Position numbers and translations under genes: made by a program. The notes under the pieces were generated by a model. It had not been told where the DNA came from. It was given only the letters and a program-made list of their open reading frames with translations, and made no database searches. From Octopus sinensis (taxonomy: Eukaryota): a DNA stretch of 64,000 bases. Each line of letters opens with the position of its first letter. Position 1 is the first letter of the stretch. The stretch spans positions 17,360,001-17,424,000 of the forward strand of contig NC_042998.1 in NCBI RefSeq assembly GCF_006345805.1. Reading direction: 5' to 3'. Positions 63,474 through 64,000 of the stretch are shown here, piece after piece.

Positions 63474-64000
63474 ATATATATATATATATATAAACATGCA
63501 TGCTTATGTACATTATTAAATGTCTGTTTTTCAATGTGAAGTAAATCTACAAAGAAGTAACTCTTTTCTATAAAACAAGTATGATCCGTTACTGGAATAT
63601 GTGTGCTAACAATATGTGTTACAAGCATTGCATTTCTAAAAGTCTTGATTTCACAGTTCGGCTTAGAGAGTTTCAAAACTTTTTTCACAGTTCCACAGGT
63701 AGATCTACACAACTTCACTGAGGTTGCATCGATTTCCAGAGAAAATGGGATTAAAAGCACAGAATGAAATAAGCAACATCTTTTATACAAGCACCGACAT
63801 AGAACCAAAATACAACCAACGATTAGACAGAACAAACTGATAGGAGGCAAAACAACTAGGGATTATAATCAATGGGTCTACCACGATACCAATAATTTTA
63901 AATGACTAAATAACGGACGGAATACAATTAACAATTAGACCTTCCAATACAATCACAACATTTGGGACACTTAACAAACAATTACTGTTGTTCCCATGTC

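Overview
AT-rich, microsatellite-laden eukaryotic genomic DNA. The SINE families look like those of octopus/cephalopods (inferred from recall, not a database search). No recognisable host gene is present; a few short candidate exons with good splice signals are listed at low confidence. The window is dominated by retroelements: a near-full-length R4/Dong-clade non-LTR element in (TAA)n (30.3-34.0 kb) plus two older Dong relics, an internally deleted Hero-clade (R2-like) element, Tx1-, CR1- and RTE-like LINE fragments, two Penelope-like (GIY-YIG) elements, three tRNA-derived SINE families (about 25 copies), MITE-like foldbacks and a 47-bp satellite. The main result of the hunt is about ten minimal type I hammerhead-ribozyme-like motifs carried by Penelope-derived, microsatellite-embedded modules. 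In them the catalytic 3-8 base pair occurs as C-G, U-A and G-C. Second is an array of five covarying GAAAG(A/T)-loop hairpins in the 5' leader of the deleted Hero element. All structures were folded by eye; none has been computed or tested.
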